DNA of 60,899 nucleotides from Candidatus Midichloria sp. (GTDB lineage Bacteria; Pseudomonadota; Alphaproteobacteria; Rickettsiales; Midichloriaceae): NCBI GenBank assembly GCA_030073355.1, contig JALDTH010000001.1, positions 1 to 60,899 of the forward strand, read 5' to 3'. Shown piece by piece: positions 1 to 9,790 of this stretch (position 1 is its first letter; each line of letters starts with the position of its first letter). The notes under the pieces were generated by a model. It saw only the letters and a program-made list of their open reading frames with translations, ran no database searches and was not told where the DNA came from. The position numbers and the translations under genes were made by a program.

Positions 1-3
1 GAG

Positions 4-77
4 AAAATGGTTGTCCTGCTTTTTTAAAACCATATCAGGTATTCTTTTTAAAATTACTTTATTTAGAACTGAGGTTA
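4..77 (-). mobile_element. Terminal 74 bp of a repeated element (probable IS end, IS982-like) at left contig edge
   Basis: 4..77 is the exact reverse complement of 60826..60899; read outward it begins TAACCTCAGTTCTAAATAAAGTAA. Family assignment is from recalled AC-starting IS982 ends only. Confidence 0.65.
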
Positions 78-387
78 GATGTGATGTATCACCGCAAAAT
101 AGCACATGAAAAAACCGGTACAATGGTTACTGATGCATGTCGATATTTATTTGTAGTAACCACACGCTATCCAATGACAACAACGGATTATGATTAACAC
201 TTCGTACTTTCATATATTATTCGCATAAGCTTATAGCTTAAATGCAAAGCGCAAAGCGTAGAAAATACTACATAAGCGACCAAGCTAGTCAAATCGTATC
301 AGGGCTATAAAAATGTGCTTCTAAGGAGAATAAAAGGATTCCCTACATGCTTTCCCTCAAATACAATTAGGTATAATTTGTGGATAA

Positions 388-1119
388 TTAATCCATGCAA
401 TGAGCGCGGGCTTTTCTTGGCAACTGTAATTTATATCCTAATAACCTAACTGTTTTGATAATATCAACATCATCAATACTTGCACTCATCAATGCTTTAC
501 GCAGCCTAGTTATATGAACATCCACTGTCCTTTGGTCGACGTCTATGTCAATTCCCCATATTTTTTCTATAAGGGCTTGTCTAGATAGCACTACCTCTGG
601 CTGTCCCATCATAATCTGCAATATCTGAAACTCAATCGGTGCAAGTTTTACATCTTTACCATTACGAGAAACATTATAAGTGTTTAAATCCATAATTATA
701 TCATGGAACTTTAATAACTTTTCAGCAAACGCCGGCCTAATCCTCCTCAATACTGCTTTAACACGAGCAATGAGTTCGATAGGGGAAAAGGGCTTGGTTA
801 TATAATCATCTGCACCATAGCTTAGGCCCTCAACCTTATCAAAATCTTGAGATTTAGCTGAAATCATTATGATTGGGACATTAGAAGTTTTTGGATCTTG
901 ACGCAATTCATTGCAAACTTCCACTCCAGTTTTAGATGGCAAAACCCAATCTAAGAGTATTAAATCAGGGGGAGAATTTTTAGCCCACGTAGTGGCTTCT
1001 GCGCCATCACTTATGATGTGCACAGCATACCCTTCTTTCTGTAAATTGTAAGCTATAACCGTTGCTATAGTCTTTTCGTCCTCTACTATCAAAATCGTTA
1101 ATTTTAAATTTTTATTCAT
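388..1119 (-). CDS. phoB: Phosphate regulon response regulator PhoB (OmpR family)
   Basis: Receiver domain (ILIVEDE, DLILLDWVLP, GADDYITKPFSP) plus winged helix (RTVDVHITRLRKAL); LLDW is PhoB-typical. Confidence 0.85.
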   Translation of the reverse strand: MNKNLKLTILIVEDEKTIATVIAYNLQKEGYAVHIISDGAEATTWAKNSPPDLILLDWVLPSKTGVEVCNELRQDPKTSNVPIIMISAKSQDFDKVEGLSYGADDYITKPFSPIELIARVKAVLRRIRPAFAEKLLKFHDIIMDLNTYNVSRNGKDVKLAPIEFQILQIMMGQPEVVLSRQALIEKIWGIDIDVDQRTVDVHITRLRKALMSASIDDVDIIKTVRLLGYKLQLPRKARAHCMD

Positions 1120-1263
1120 CGTATGCGGTTAAAAAAATGAAAACTCTTATGAAAAGCTTTTTAAAGTGCTAATTTTACCTTTCCTTATTGCTAATCGTAT
1201 AAAAAAGATTAATATTTTGCAACATGAATCTTTCCTTAAAGTTGTACCAAAGCTTAAAAATCA

Positions 1264-1292
1264 ATGACGAAATATTAACAAAATATTAACAA
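1264..1292 (-). promoter_or_regulatory. 11-bp-period direct repeat upstream of phoB (Pho-box-like; also a TTAA-N7-TTAAC CtrA match)
   Basis: Minus strand reads TTGTTAA-TATT-TTGTTAA-TATT-TCGTCAT; plus strand 1275..1290 = TTAA-caaaata-TTAAC. Confidence 0.4.
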
Positions 1293-1294
1293 AA

Positions 1295-2610
1295 TTAACT
1301 AGGAGCAACCATATTTTCTGGCCTTATCCATTCATTAAATTGTTCCTCAGTTACAAATCCACTTTTGATTGCTGCCTCTTGCAAAGTAAGATTATTCTTA
1401 TAAGCTTCTTTCACAATCTTGGCAGCACGATCATATCCTATATGCTTATTATTAAGCGCTGTCATAAGCATAAGAGATTGTTGCATTAAGGTCTTTATCC
1501 TATCAGTGTTAGCAATAACACCAGATAATTACTAGCTAAAAACATTTAATTCTAAATGCCCATTAGATGCTGCAATAGAAATAGTAGTATGATTACCCAT
1601 GACTCGCGTGCAAACCATAGTTAGAGCTTCGCATTGAGTTGGATTAACTTTACCTGGCATAATTGAAGATCCAGGCTCATTTTCTGGCAAGTGTAACTCT
1701 CCGAAACCGCTTCTAGGTCCAGAACCCAATAGCCTTATATCATTTGCTATCTTCATTAGGCTCACAGCTAAGACATTCAACTACCACTCATCTCAACCTC
1801 GGCATCATTCGAAGCTAACGCTTCAAATTTATTTGGCGCTGTAATAAATTCGTGTCCTGTTAAAGAACTTATCTTTGCAGCAATTTTTTCCGCGAACCCG
1901 ACCTTTTAGAGTTTAGGCCTGTTCCAACTGCAGTGCCTCCTTGTGCTAATAATGATAAGTTTTTTATTGCGTTTTCTACCCTCCCCTTACCAAGCTTAAA
2001 CTGTGTTAAATATCCTGAAAACTCTTGGCCTAAAGTCAATGGTGTCGCATCTTGCAGATGGGTTCTGCCTATTTTTATGATGTTAGAAAACTCTTCGATC
2101 TTTCGTGAGATCACTTGGATTATGTGATCTAAAGCTGGTAAGAACTTAGAATCTATTTCACTAACAGCTGCGACCCTCATAGCGGTTGGGAAAGTATCAT
2201 TGATGATTGTCCCATATTGACATGATCATTAGGGTGCACTGGAGACTTACTGCCAACAATTCCTCCCATGATTTCTATAGCTCTATTAGAAATCACCTCA
2301 TTTACGTTCATATTAGTTTGAGTCCCTGAACCAGTTTGCCAAACTACTAGCTGGAAGTGCTCATCAAATTTACCAGAAATCACTTAATCTGCAGCTTTAC
2401 AAATAAATTCAGATATTTGAACATCAAGCCCCGCACTTGATTAACAATAGCGGCTGCTTTCTTAATTACAGCAAAAGCCTTAATTAAAGCCTTCGGCATT
2501 TTTTCTTTACCAATTTTAAAATTCTCTAGGGACCTTTGAGTTTGGGCCACCCAGTATTTTGTTTTTTCTACCTGAATTTCACTAAAAGTATCTGTCTCAA
2601 TTCTATACAT
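1295..2610 (-). pseudogene. fumC: Fumarate hydratase class II, fragmented
   Basis: Five consecutive fragments carrying [46 protein letters not shown] and IGYDRAAKI. Confidence 0.95.
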
Positions 2611-2625
2611 AGAACCTCAAAAACG

Positions 2626-4095
2626 TTACAAACCTTTAAAATTAGCTGCTGCCTCTATTTGATAGGCAACTTTTAACATGGTTTCCTCATCATATGGCTT
2701 GCTAATTACTTGTAATCCAAGTGGTAACCCTTTTTCGCTTAATCCTCCAGGCACTGAAATACCTGGCAGCCCTGCCAAGTTAACCGTGACCGTAAAAATG
2801 TCATTCAAATACATAGTAAGCGGGTCAGTTATTTGCTCATCAATAGCAAAAGCTTCTGAAGGAGCTGTTGGAATTAATATTGCATCAATTTTTTCAAACG
2901 CGTCTATAAAATCCTTTTGTAGTAGCCTTCTGACTTTTTGTGCCTTCAAATAATGTAAATCATATTGCGCAGAAGATAAAAGATAAGTGCCTATCATTAT
3001 CCGTCTTTTCACTTCTTCACCGAACCCTTGCCCTCTAGTTTTTGATATCATAGCATTAATGTCATCACCTTCTTCTTCAATCCTAAGTCCGTACCTTATT
3101 CCATCGAATCTGGATAGGTTAGAGGAAGCCTCTGCTGGCGCAATTATATAGTAAATAGGAAGAGCATACCGGGTGTGCGGTAGACTTATATCAACTATTT
3201 CAGCATCTGCCTCTTTTAACCATTCCATGCCCTTTTGCCAAAGTGCGCTAATTTGCACATTTATGCCATCTATATAATACTCCTTTGGTATGCCTATTTT
3301 TAGGCCTTTGATCCCATTTTTTAATGATTTAGACCATTCAGGAACATCTATGTTCTTTGAAGTAGCGTCATACTTATCATAGCCACAAACAGCTTGAAGC
3401 ATTAAACTAGAATCCTCAACGCTCCTTGCAAATACCCCAGCTTGATCCAAAGAACTTGCATATGCAACCAGCCCGTATCTAGAGCATCTACCATATGTAG
3501 GCTTAATTCCAACTACACCAGTAAAAGAAGCTGGCTGTCTTACTGATCCCCCGGTATCAGAGCCAAGCGCTCCCATACATGATCTTGCTGCAACAGCAGC
3601 AGCAGAGCCACCTGATGATCCTCCAGGCACCAGTTTACTATCATCACCATTACGACGCCATGGGTTAATTACTGATCCAAAATAACTAGTCTTATTAGAA
3701 GACCCCATAGCAAGTTCATCCATATTAGTTTTACCGATCATTATACCACCATGCTTACATAAGTAACTTGTCACTGTCGAATCATATCCTGGTATAAAAT
3801 TTTCTAAAATTCGAGAACAGGCTGTTGTTCTAAAGCCTTTAATACAAAAGGAATCCTTAATAGCAACTGGTATGCCTTCTATAATACCATAGCTTCCCTG
3901 TTTGTATTTTCTTTCTGATTCGATAGCTTGTTTTAAAGCAAGCTCCTCCATCATTAAAATATATGCATTCAATTCTTTGGTTTCTTCTGCTCGTTCTAAA
4001 TGAGCTTTTACTAATTCGGTTGGAGATATTTCTCCTTTACGCATTAAGTTTTTAGCCTCAACAATAGAAAGATTGATTAAGTTAGTAATATCCAT
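2626..4095 (-). CDS. gatA: Glu-tRNA(Gln) amidotransferase subunit A
   Basis: Amidase signature PGGSSGGSAAAV, GSDTGGSVRQPA, EVKRRIMIGTY; 489 aa intact. Confidence 0.97.
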   Translation of the reverse strand: MDITNLINLSIVEAKNLMRKGEISPTELVKAHLERAEETKELNAYILMMEELALKQAIESERKYKQGSYGIIEGIPVAIKDSFCIKGFRTTACSRILENFIPGYDSTVTSYLCKHGGIMIGKTNMDELAMGSSNKTSYFGSVINPWRRNGDDSKLVPGGSSGGSAAAVAARSCMGALGSDTGGSVRQPASFTGVVGIKPTYGRCSRYGLVAYASSLDQAGVFARSVEDSSLMLQAVCGYDKYDATSKNIDVPEWSKSLKNGIKGLKIGIPKEYYIDGINVQISALWQKGMEWLKEADAEIVDISLPHTRYALPIYYIIAPAEASSNLSRFDGIRYGLRIEEEGDDINAMISKTRGQGFGEEVKRRIMIGTYLLSSAQYDLHYLKAQKVRRLLQKDFIDAFEKIDAILIPTAPSEAFAIDEQITDPLTMYLNDIFTVTVNLAGLPGISVPGGLSEKGLPLGLQVISKPYDEETMLKVAYQIEAAANFKGL

Positions 4096-4178
4096 TTTAG
4101 AAAATTTTAAAAAATAAATTAAGCCTATAATCTGTTAATAGATGTAAAAAAAACACAACAACTAAAAATTAAAGTTTA

Positions 4179-4688
4179 CTACAATTCTTTTCCATATACG
4201 CTATTGCCCTCTTGCAATCCCATAGACGAAAAGTATATAAAGCCCAGCTCTCCAGAAGCTCCTTTTGATTTTATTTTAAAAGGATATAGCCCAGATATTA
4301 TATCGTTTATAATATCAATATCTTGGTCTGCGCTATAAGTTATTGCATTTTTACCATGTCTATTAACTTTTAACGTATATTTAGAATCGTTCACAAATAA
4401 TGTAACACTTTTGGAGTGAGCTAATCTTGTTAATGCACTAAAACTTATAGAATAAGCTAGGTGTCCTTTATAAGATACTATAAATTTTGGATCTTTTATA
4501 TTACTATATAATAACCTATCTCTATAAGGAGTCATAATTGCATGACAAATTTTCTTTTCCTCTTCTATTTTTGCAATGATACGCCAATTTTTTACTTCTG
4601 CCAAATCAAAAAATTTGCTAACAGCTTCAGAAGGTCCAATATGCAACATACAATAATACAGGAAGAGAATTAGCTTTAAAAATCTCAT
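4179..4688 (-). CDS. Exported hypothetical protein, possibly IalB-like
   Basis: Signal-peptide-like N-terminus; W...K.C pattern and C-terminal YFSSMGL resemble alphaproteobacterial invasion-associated-locus-B-like proteins. Confidence 0.5.
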   Translation of the reverse strand: MRFLKLILFLYYCMLHIGPSEAVSKFFDLAEVKNWRIIAKIEEEKKICHAIMTPYRDRLLYSNIKDPKFIVSYKGHLAYSISFSALTRLAHSKSVTLFVNDSKYTLKVNRHGKNAITYSADQDIDIINDIISGLYPFKIKSKGASGELGFIYFSSMGLQEGNSVYGKEL

Positions 4689-4775
4689 CTTTTTACCATT
4701 TACAAATATTAATAATTATCTTAAATTCAGACCATCTTATCATTATTCTAATAGCAATTATTAAAACTATCAAGC

Positions 4776-5942
4776 ATGCACCGCTTTTATCTTTTTATCA
4801 TTTTGACTTTATTGCCGGGTTTAGCATTTCCACTAAATATTGAAAAGTCGTTTAAAATCCCACTTCCTTCTACATTTGAAACTATTGCAGATTACGCTGC
4901 TCTTCTTGATTATGAAACTGAAACGGTGCTTTTCTCTAAAAACGGCGAAAATGCAATGATACCTTCTTCAATGAGTAAATTAATGACTATATATATAGCT
5001 TTTCATCAGCTCAAAGCTGGAGCAATAAAGTTAGATGATAGGTTCATTGTCTCAGAAAATGCTTGGAAAATGGGAGGATCTAGGATGTTTCTAGATCTAG
5101 GAAGTAGTGTATCAGTTGAAGATTTGCTACGCGGCATCATAGTACAATCAGGAAATGACGCTTCTATTGCATTAGCAGAAGGAATCACCGGCAGTGAAAA
5201 AGTATTTGTGCATTATATGAACGAAGCTGCAAAGGAGCTAGGCTTAAAAAATTCTCACTTTACCAATGCGACTGGTTGGCCTGATCCAAGACATAGAATG
5301 TCCGCGATTGATTTAACCAAACTCTCTGCAGCTCTTATTAAAAACTTCTCCGAATATTATCATTATTTCAATGAAAAGACCTTCACATACAATAAAATTT
5401 CTCAAGAGAATAGAAATACTCTACTCGGTGTAGGCGGAGTTGATGGACTTAAAACCGGACATACTGATGACGGAGGCTACGGAATTGTTGCAAGCGCCTT
5501 AAAAAGCGATAGAAGATTAATAGCTGTTGTAAACGGACTCAAGAATAATAAAGAAAGAAGTAGAGAAGCAGATAGATTGCTTACTTATGGCTTCAATAAC
5601 TTTCAATACCATATTTTTGCTAAAGCAGGTGCCGTTGTCACGCAAGTACCAATCTGGAATGGAGCAGACTTGTTTGCTAATGCAGTTATTTCCGAGGACT
5701 TAAAAGTCCTTTTTCCAAGAAATGTTGCCCGTGAAAAACTCACAACTTCGGTAGAATTCAAAGAGCCGCTTACTGTACCGATTAAACAAGGAGAGTTGAT
5801 AGGGATTTTGCATGTAAGGAATGGCGAACAGATTATTAAATCTGCGAATTTGTATTCTTTATCTGATATTGGAGAGGCTGACGTTTTTAAAAAATTTTTG
5901 CGCAATCTCAGAACCATATTTGGTTCTGATATACATCAATGA
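4776..5942 (+). CDS. dacA: D-alanyl-D-alanine carboxypeptidase (PBP5 family)
   Basis: SxxK (SMSK), SGN and KTG motifs; signal peptide. Confidence 0.92.
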   Translation: MHRFYLFIILTLLPGLAFPLNIEKSFKIPLPSTFETIADYAALLDYETETVLFSKNGENAMIPSSMSKLMTIYIAFHQLKAGAIKLDDRFIVSENAWKMGGSRMFLDLGSSVSVEDLLRGIIVQSGNDASIALAEGITGSEKVFVHYMNEAAKELGLKNSHFTNATGWPDPRHRMSAIDLTKLSAALIKNFSEYYHYFNEKTFTYNKISQENRNTLLGVGGVDGLKTGHTDDGGYGIVASALKSDRRLIAVVNGLKNNKERSREADRLLTYGFNNFQYHIFAKAGAVVTQVPIWNGADLFANAVISEDLKVLFPRNVAREKLTTSVEFKEPLTVPIKQGELIGILHVRNGEQIIKSANLYSLSDIGEADVFKKFLRNLRTIFGSDIHQ

Positions 5943-6613
5943 CTCAAGAAGTAATCGGAAGATATAGAACAAAAAAACAACAAGTCAAAACTGCAAGAGG
6001 CCGCACTAATTCTTCCGTTGATTGGCTAAGAAGGCATATAAATGACCCTTATGTACACTTAGCAAAAAAACAGAGCTTTGTCTCAAGAGCAGCTTTTAAA
6101 TTAATTGAAATTGAAGAAAAATATAAATTAATAAATCGATCTAGTAGCATTATCGATATAGGAGCAGCACCAGGCGGTTGGTTGCAAGTTATAATATCTA
6201 AAAAGAAAAATAACGTACGTTTGATTGGTATAGATTCATTAAAAATCGCACTCGATATTCCGGGATTGATTCTAATCCAAGGCAATTTCTTAGAAGAACA
6301 AATTCAAGACCAGATAAAAACAAGCCTCAGTAAAAAACCTGATCTGATTTTAAGTGACATGGCAGCAGCATCATGTGGAGACTGTAGCTTAGACCACTTA
6401 AGAAACGCTGAACTAGTTAATTCTGCAATAGAATTTGCGCAAACCATTTTAGACAAAGGCGGTAATCTAGTTTCTAAATTAATTAGAGGCAAGGAAGAGG
6501 CAGGTATTTTAAAAATGTGCAAAAAATTATTCTCTGTAGTTAAGATTTTTAAGCCAAAATCTAGTTATAGTGATTCAGCAGAAATATATATTATATGTTT
6601 AAACAGGTTATAA
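5939..6613 (+). CDS. rlmE: 23S rRNA U2552 2'-O-methyltransferase
   Basis: WLRRHINDPYV, SRAAFKLIEI, DIGAAPGGW, LSDMA. Confidence 0.93.
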   Translation: MTQEVIGRYRTKKQQVKTARGRTNSSVDWLRRHINDPYVHLAKKQSFVSRAAFKLIEIEEKYKLINRSSSIIDIGAAPGGWLQVIISKKKNNVRLIGIDSLKIALDIPGLILIQGNFLEEQIQDQIKTSLSKKPDLILSDMAAASCGDCSLDHLRNAELVNSAIEFAQTILDKGGNLVSKLIRGKEEAGILKMCKKLFSVVKIFKPKSSYSDSAEIYIICLNRL

Positions 6614-6614
6614 A

Positions 6615-7214
6615 ATGCAACATCTCTTCTCCTTAGGTATTGTCAATTTCATATTAATAGCTTTAATTTCATACTTTTGTGGCTCTATACCGTTTGGTCT
6701 CTTGGTTAGTAAAAGCTTTGGTACCACTGATCTAAGGATTAGAGGTTCAGGAAATATAGGTGCAACAAATGCATGGCGCGTTGGCGGTAAAAAAATTGGT
6801 TTGTTAACTTTCTTTTTTGATACCATGAAAAGTTTCTTGCCAGTATTAGTATTCAAATATTTATTCAGCACCGGCGTAGCAGCGCTAGCTGGGCTTTTTG
6901 TAATAATTGGCCACATGTTCCCTGTATGGTTAAGCTTTAAAGGAGGCAAGGGCGTTGCTTCCATGTTTGGTTTATTATTTGCAGCAACACCGCAAACAGC
7001 AATTATCTCAGCTCTAATTTGGTTGGTTACTTTCAAAAAATTCCGCGTCTCAGCAATAGCGTCTCTAATCGCAATATCAATAAATTCGATAGCAAGCTTC
7101 TTTATACTTGATTTATTCACGGCAGTTGTTTATTTATTCTTATTACTATTAATAATTTCCCGTCATATGGATAACATTAATAGATTGAGAAATAATAAAG
7201 AGAGTAAGTTATGA
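6615..7214 (+). CDS. plsY: Glycerol-3-phosphate acyltransferase PlsY
   Basis: GSIPFG, GSGNIGATN, GHMFPVW..FKGGKGVA, RH..NI.RL. Confidence 0.96.
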   Translation: MQHLFSLGIVNFILIALISYFCGSIPFGLLVSKSFGTTDLRIRGSGNIGATNAWRVGGKKIGLLTFFFDTMKSFLPVLVFKYLFSTGVAALAGLFVIIGHMFPVWLSFKGGKGVASMFGLLFAATPQTAIISALIWLVTFKKFRVSAIASLIAISINSIASFFILDLFTAVVYLFLLLLIISRHMDNINRLRNNKESKL

Positions 7215-8104
7215 AATATTGGGTACAAAAATATTGGGTACAAAATAGTAGATTAATAACTTTTCTATTTGTAATTCTTTCTAGTTTTAATGCAGAAGCA
7301 ACTAAGATTTTCGCTACTGCTGGAGGGGGAGGCCATTTCCCAGAAAATACTATGTATGCATTTGAAGGTTCCATAAATGGTAAAGTAGATGGAATAGAAA
7401 TGGATGTACAGCTCACTAAAGATGGTGTGGTTGTTTTATATCATTCTTCTGACTTATCTGTTCATACCAACGGTAAGGGCGCTGTTAAATCGTTTACTTA
7501 CAGAGAATTACAAAGATTAGACGCTGCATATTATTTTGACCCACAAGGTAATAAATCTTATCCACAAAGAGGACTCGGACATAAAATTCCCACCCTTGAT
7601 AGTATACTTAAAAAATTTCCTAATACTGAAGCTATTATTGACTTCAAGTCGTTTCCAGCGAAGGAATTAGTCGATGCCACTGCCAAAGTCGTTGAAGATA
7701 ACAAAGCTTGGAATAGAGTCATATTCCATTCCATACATCATGAGCACCTTAAACACCTACTAGACGTCTATCCAACTAAGGCTAAAATATTTGAACATCG
7801 AGCCAAAACTTTAGAAAGGCTGTTAAGAAAAAGGAATGAAGGTATATGCATAGCAGGTGACGAAAAGGCGCAATTTGTAGGCTTTAAATCACAAATAGAA
7901 ATGACTGTTACTACTCCTTCTCGAATAGATATCAACGATAATAAAATAAAATTCAAATTATGGGATAAAGAGGCAGTAAAATGTCTCAGTAGAGGTACTA
8001 AGATCTTTATATTTGGGGTTAATAACCAAGAAGATTACGAATCAGCAAAGTTCATGGGAGTATATGCAGTTTCTAGCTCCATACCATTATCTTTAAAACG
8101 TTAA
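7211..8104 (+). CDS. Glycerophosphodiester phosphodiesterase family protein with altered catalytic motif
   Basis: PENT, IEMDVQLTKDGVVVLYH and IPTL motifs; the canonical AHRG reads ATAG. Confidence 0.85.
   Translation: MKYWVQKYWVQNSRLITFLFVILSSFNAEATKIFATAGGGGHFPENTMYAFEGSINGKVDGIEMDVQLTKDGVVVLYHSSDLSVHTNGKGAVKSFTYRELQRLDAAYYFDPQGNKSYPQRGLGHKIPTLDSILKKFPNTEAIIDFKSFPAKELVDATAKVVEDNKAWNRVIFHSIHHEHLKHLLDVYPTKAKIFEHRAKTLERLLRKRNEGICIAGDEKAQFVGFKSQIEMTVTTPSRIDINDNKIKFKLWDKEAVKCLSRGTKIFIFGVNNQEDYESAKFMGVYAVSSSIPLSLKR
7214..7243 (+). repeat. 15-bp tandem duplication (KYWVQ x2)
   Basis: AAATATTGGGTACAA occurs twice in tandem. Confidence 0.9.
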
Positions 8105-8244
8105 GTAGAGTACTATTCTCAGCAACTTGCAATAGTAAGAAGTAATACTAATAAGTAAATATTTACTTATTAACTTTCTTTAACTTTTGACAATATACAA
8201 CATTTCTTATATTTAGATATGTTAAACTAGTAATTTCATTCACA

Positions 8245-9477
8245 ATGAAGAAAACAAAAATAGTAAGCTCTGCCCTTATTGGTAACATAGTCGAGTACTA
8301 TGATTTTGGGATATATGCAGTATTTACAACTATAATTGGTAAACTTTTTTTCCCTACGGAAGACGAATTTGTACGAACTATATCAGCCTTTAGTGTATTC
8401 GCTATTGGATTTATGATGCGGCCTATAGGAGGTGCATTCTTCGGCTTCATAGGTGATAGATTCGGTAGAAAAACTGCTTTAACAAGCTCTATTATAGGAA
8501 TGGCAATTGCAACCTTTGGCATTGCATTGCTACCCACGTACGAGCAAATAGGCATACTAGCACCCATTATATTAATAATTATCCGCCTTTTTCAAGGTTT
8601 ATGCATAGGAGGAGAAGGTGCTGGTGCTGCAGTCTTTATATTGGAGCATCTTGGTAGCTATAGGCCGGGATTAGTGGGCAGTATAATCATGGCCTCAAAT
8701 ATGATTGGGACTCTATTCGCAATCTTAGTAGGAATTGTAATAAACCACTTTTTTACTGATAATGCATTTAGCTGGAGATATGGTTTTATTTTAGGAGGCT
8801 TAATAGGCTTAACCGGCCTATATTTAAGAAAGCATGTCACTGAAACTCCTGTATTTCAAGCTATGAAGAAAAACCGTAAATTAGATTTACCATTCGTGCA
8901 AGTCATAAAATATAGGTGGCGCAGGCTTCTTGTCGTCTCATGTTTAAGCGGTGTCGCAACATCGGTAGCTTATACTATAAGGGCATACCTTAATGTTTTC
9001 TTCTTACAATTCATAGGATACACACCAACTGAGTCACTATTTTTAACTGCGGTATGTTTGTTTTCTTTTGTAATAGTTTTACCAATTTTTGGTTTATTAT
9101 CTGATAAAGTCGGCTACCATAAATTCGTTCAAATATCCTGCATAATATTGATAATATGTAGTTTGCCAGTTTTTAAAATGCTTTCAAGTCATAATATCAG
9201 CATCATCCTACTAGGTTTATTTATCATTAGTATGTTAGCAGCTGCAATCTCAGCACCTGCATATCCGTATGCTATAGAAAACTTTAGCCCTATTTTACGA
9301 TATTCAGGAGTTGCTATGAGTTGGAATATCGGTAATGCGCTTTTTGGAGGAACAGCCCCAACCATAGAGGCTTATTTAGCTCAATATATTGGAATTGAAG
9401 CACCAGCGTTTTATTTAATACTTATTGCATTGTTATTTTTAATAATGAGCTATTTTACAAAAAGTCCTAAATATTAA
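8245..9477 (+). CDS. proP: MFS transporter, ProP-like (MHS family)
   Basis: GNIVEYYDF, RPIGG..FG.IGDRFGRK, RLFQGLCIGGE, ETPVF. Confidence 0.85.
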   Translation: MKKTKIVSSALIGNIVEYYDFGIYAVFTTIIGKLFFPTEDEFVRTISAFSVFAIGFMMRPIGGAFFGFIGDRFGRKTALTSSIIGMAIATFGIALLPTYEQIGILAPIILIIIRLFQGLCIGGEGAGAAVFILEHLGSYRPGLVGSIIMASNMIGTLFAILVGIVINHFFTDNAFSWRYGFILGGLIGLTGLYLRKHVTETPVFQAMKKNRKLDLPFVQVIKYRWRRLLVVSCLSGVATSVAYTIRAYLNVFFLQFIGYTPTESLFLTAVCLFSFVIVLPIFGLLSDKVGYHKFVQISCIILIICSLPVFKMLSSHNISIILLGLFIISMLAAAISAPAYPYAIENFSPILRYSGVAMSWNIGNALFGGTAPTIEAYLAQYIGIEAPAFYLILIALLFLIMSYFTKSPKY

Positions 9478-9504
9478 AAAAATATTCGTCACAACTGTTT
9501 ATAA

Positions 9505-9679
9505 AGGTAAAATAACTTCTGCAGATCTTTCGAGGAAGCCCCCAATTGGTAGCACAGTTACATATATATCAAATAGCGTTGGTAATTTAGCGATTGCAAT
9601 TAATCATGGAAATTTTGCTAACAAATATAAAATCAAGCCAAATTTTCAGGTTATAGTCAAGCCGTGTAGCAAGAATTAG
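9505..9679 (+). pseudogene. 3' remnant of a SAM hydroxide adenosyltransferase / chlorinase-fluorinase (DUF62) family gene
   Basis: Frame through 9563..9679 reads YISNSVGNLAIAINHGNFANKYKIKPNFQVIVKPCSKN*, resembling the family C-terminal NS.G.L.IAIN.G.FA motif; no start or N-domain. Confidence 0.55.
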
Positions 9680-9790
9680 CACAGTATACTAGAAAATTTT
9701 TGGTATTATAACCAATTTAATTGCAAAATTTCACGATTTATTTATTATCTCTACTGTGGTTTATAGTGTAAGTTCTTATAGTGATAATAA

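Noticed and set aside
78-387. Transposase fragment next to the left repeat
   Set aside because: Only short peptides with no DDE or other recognisable motif.
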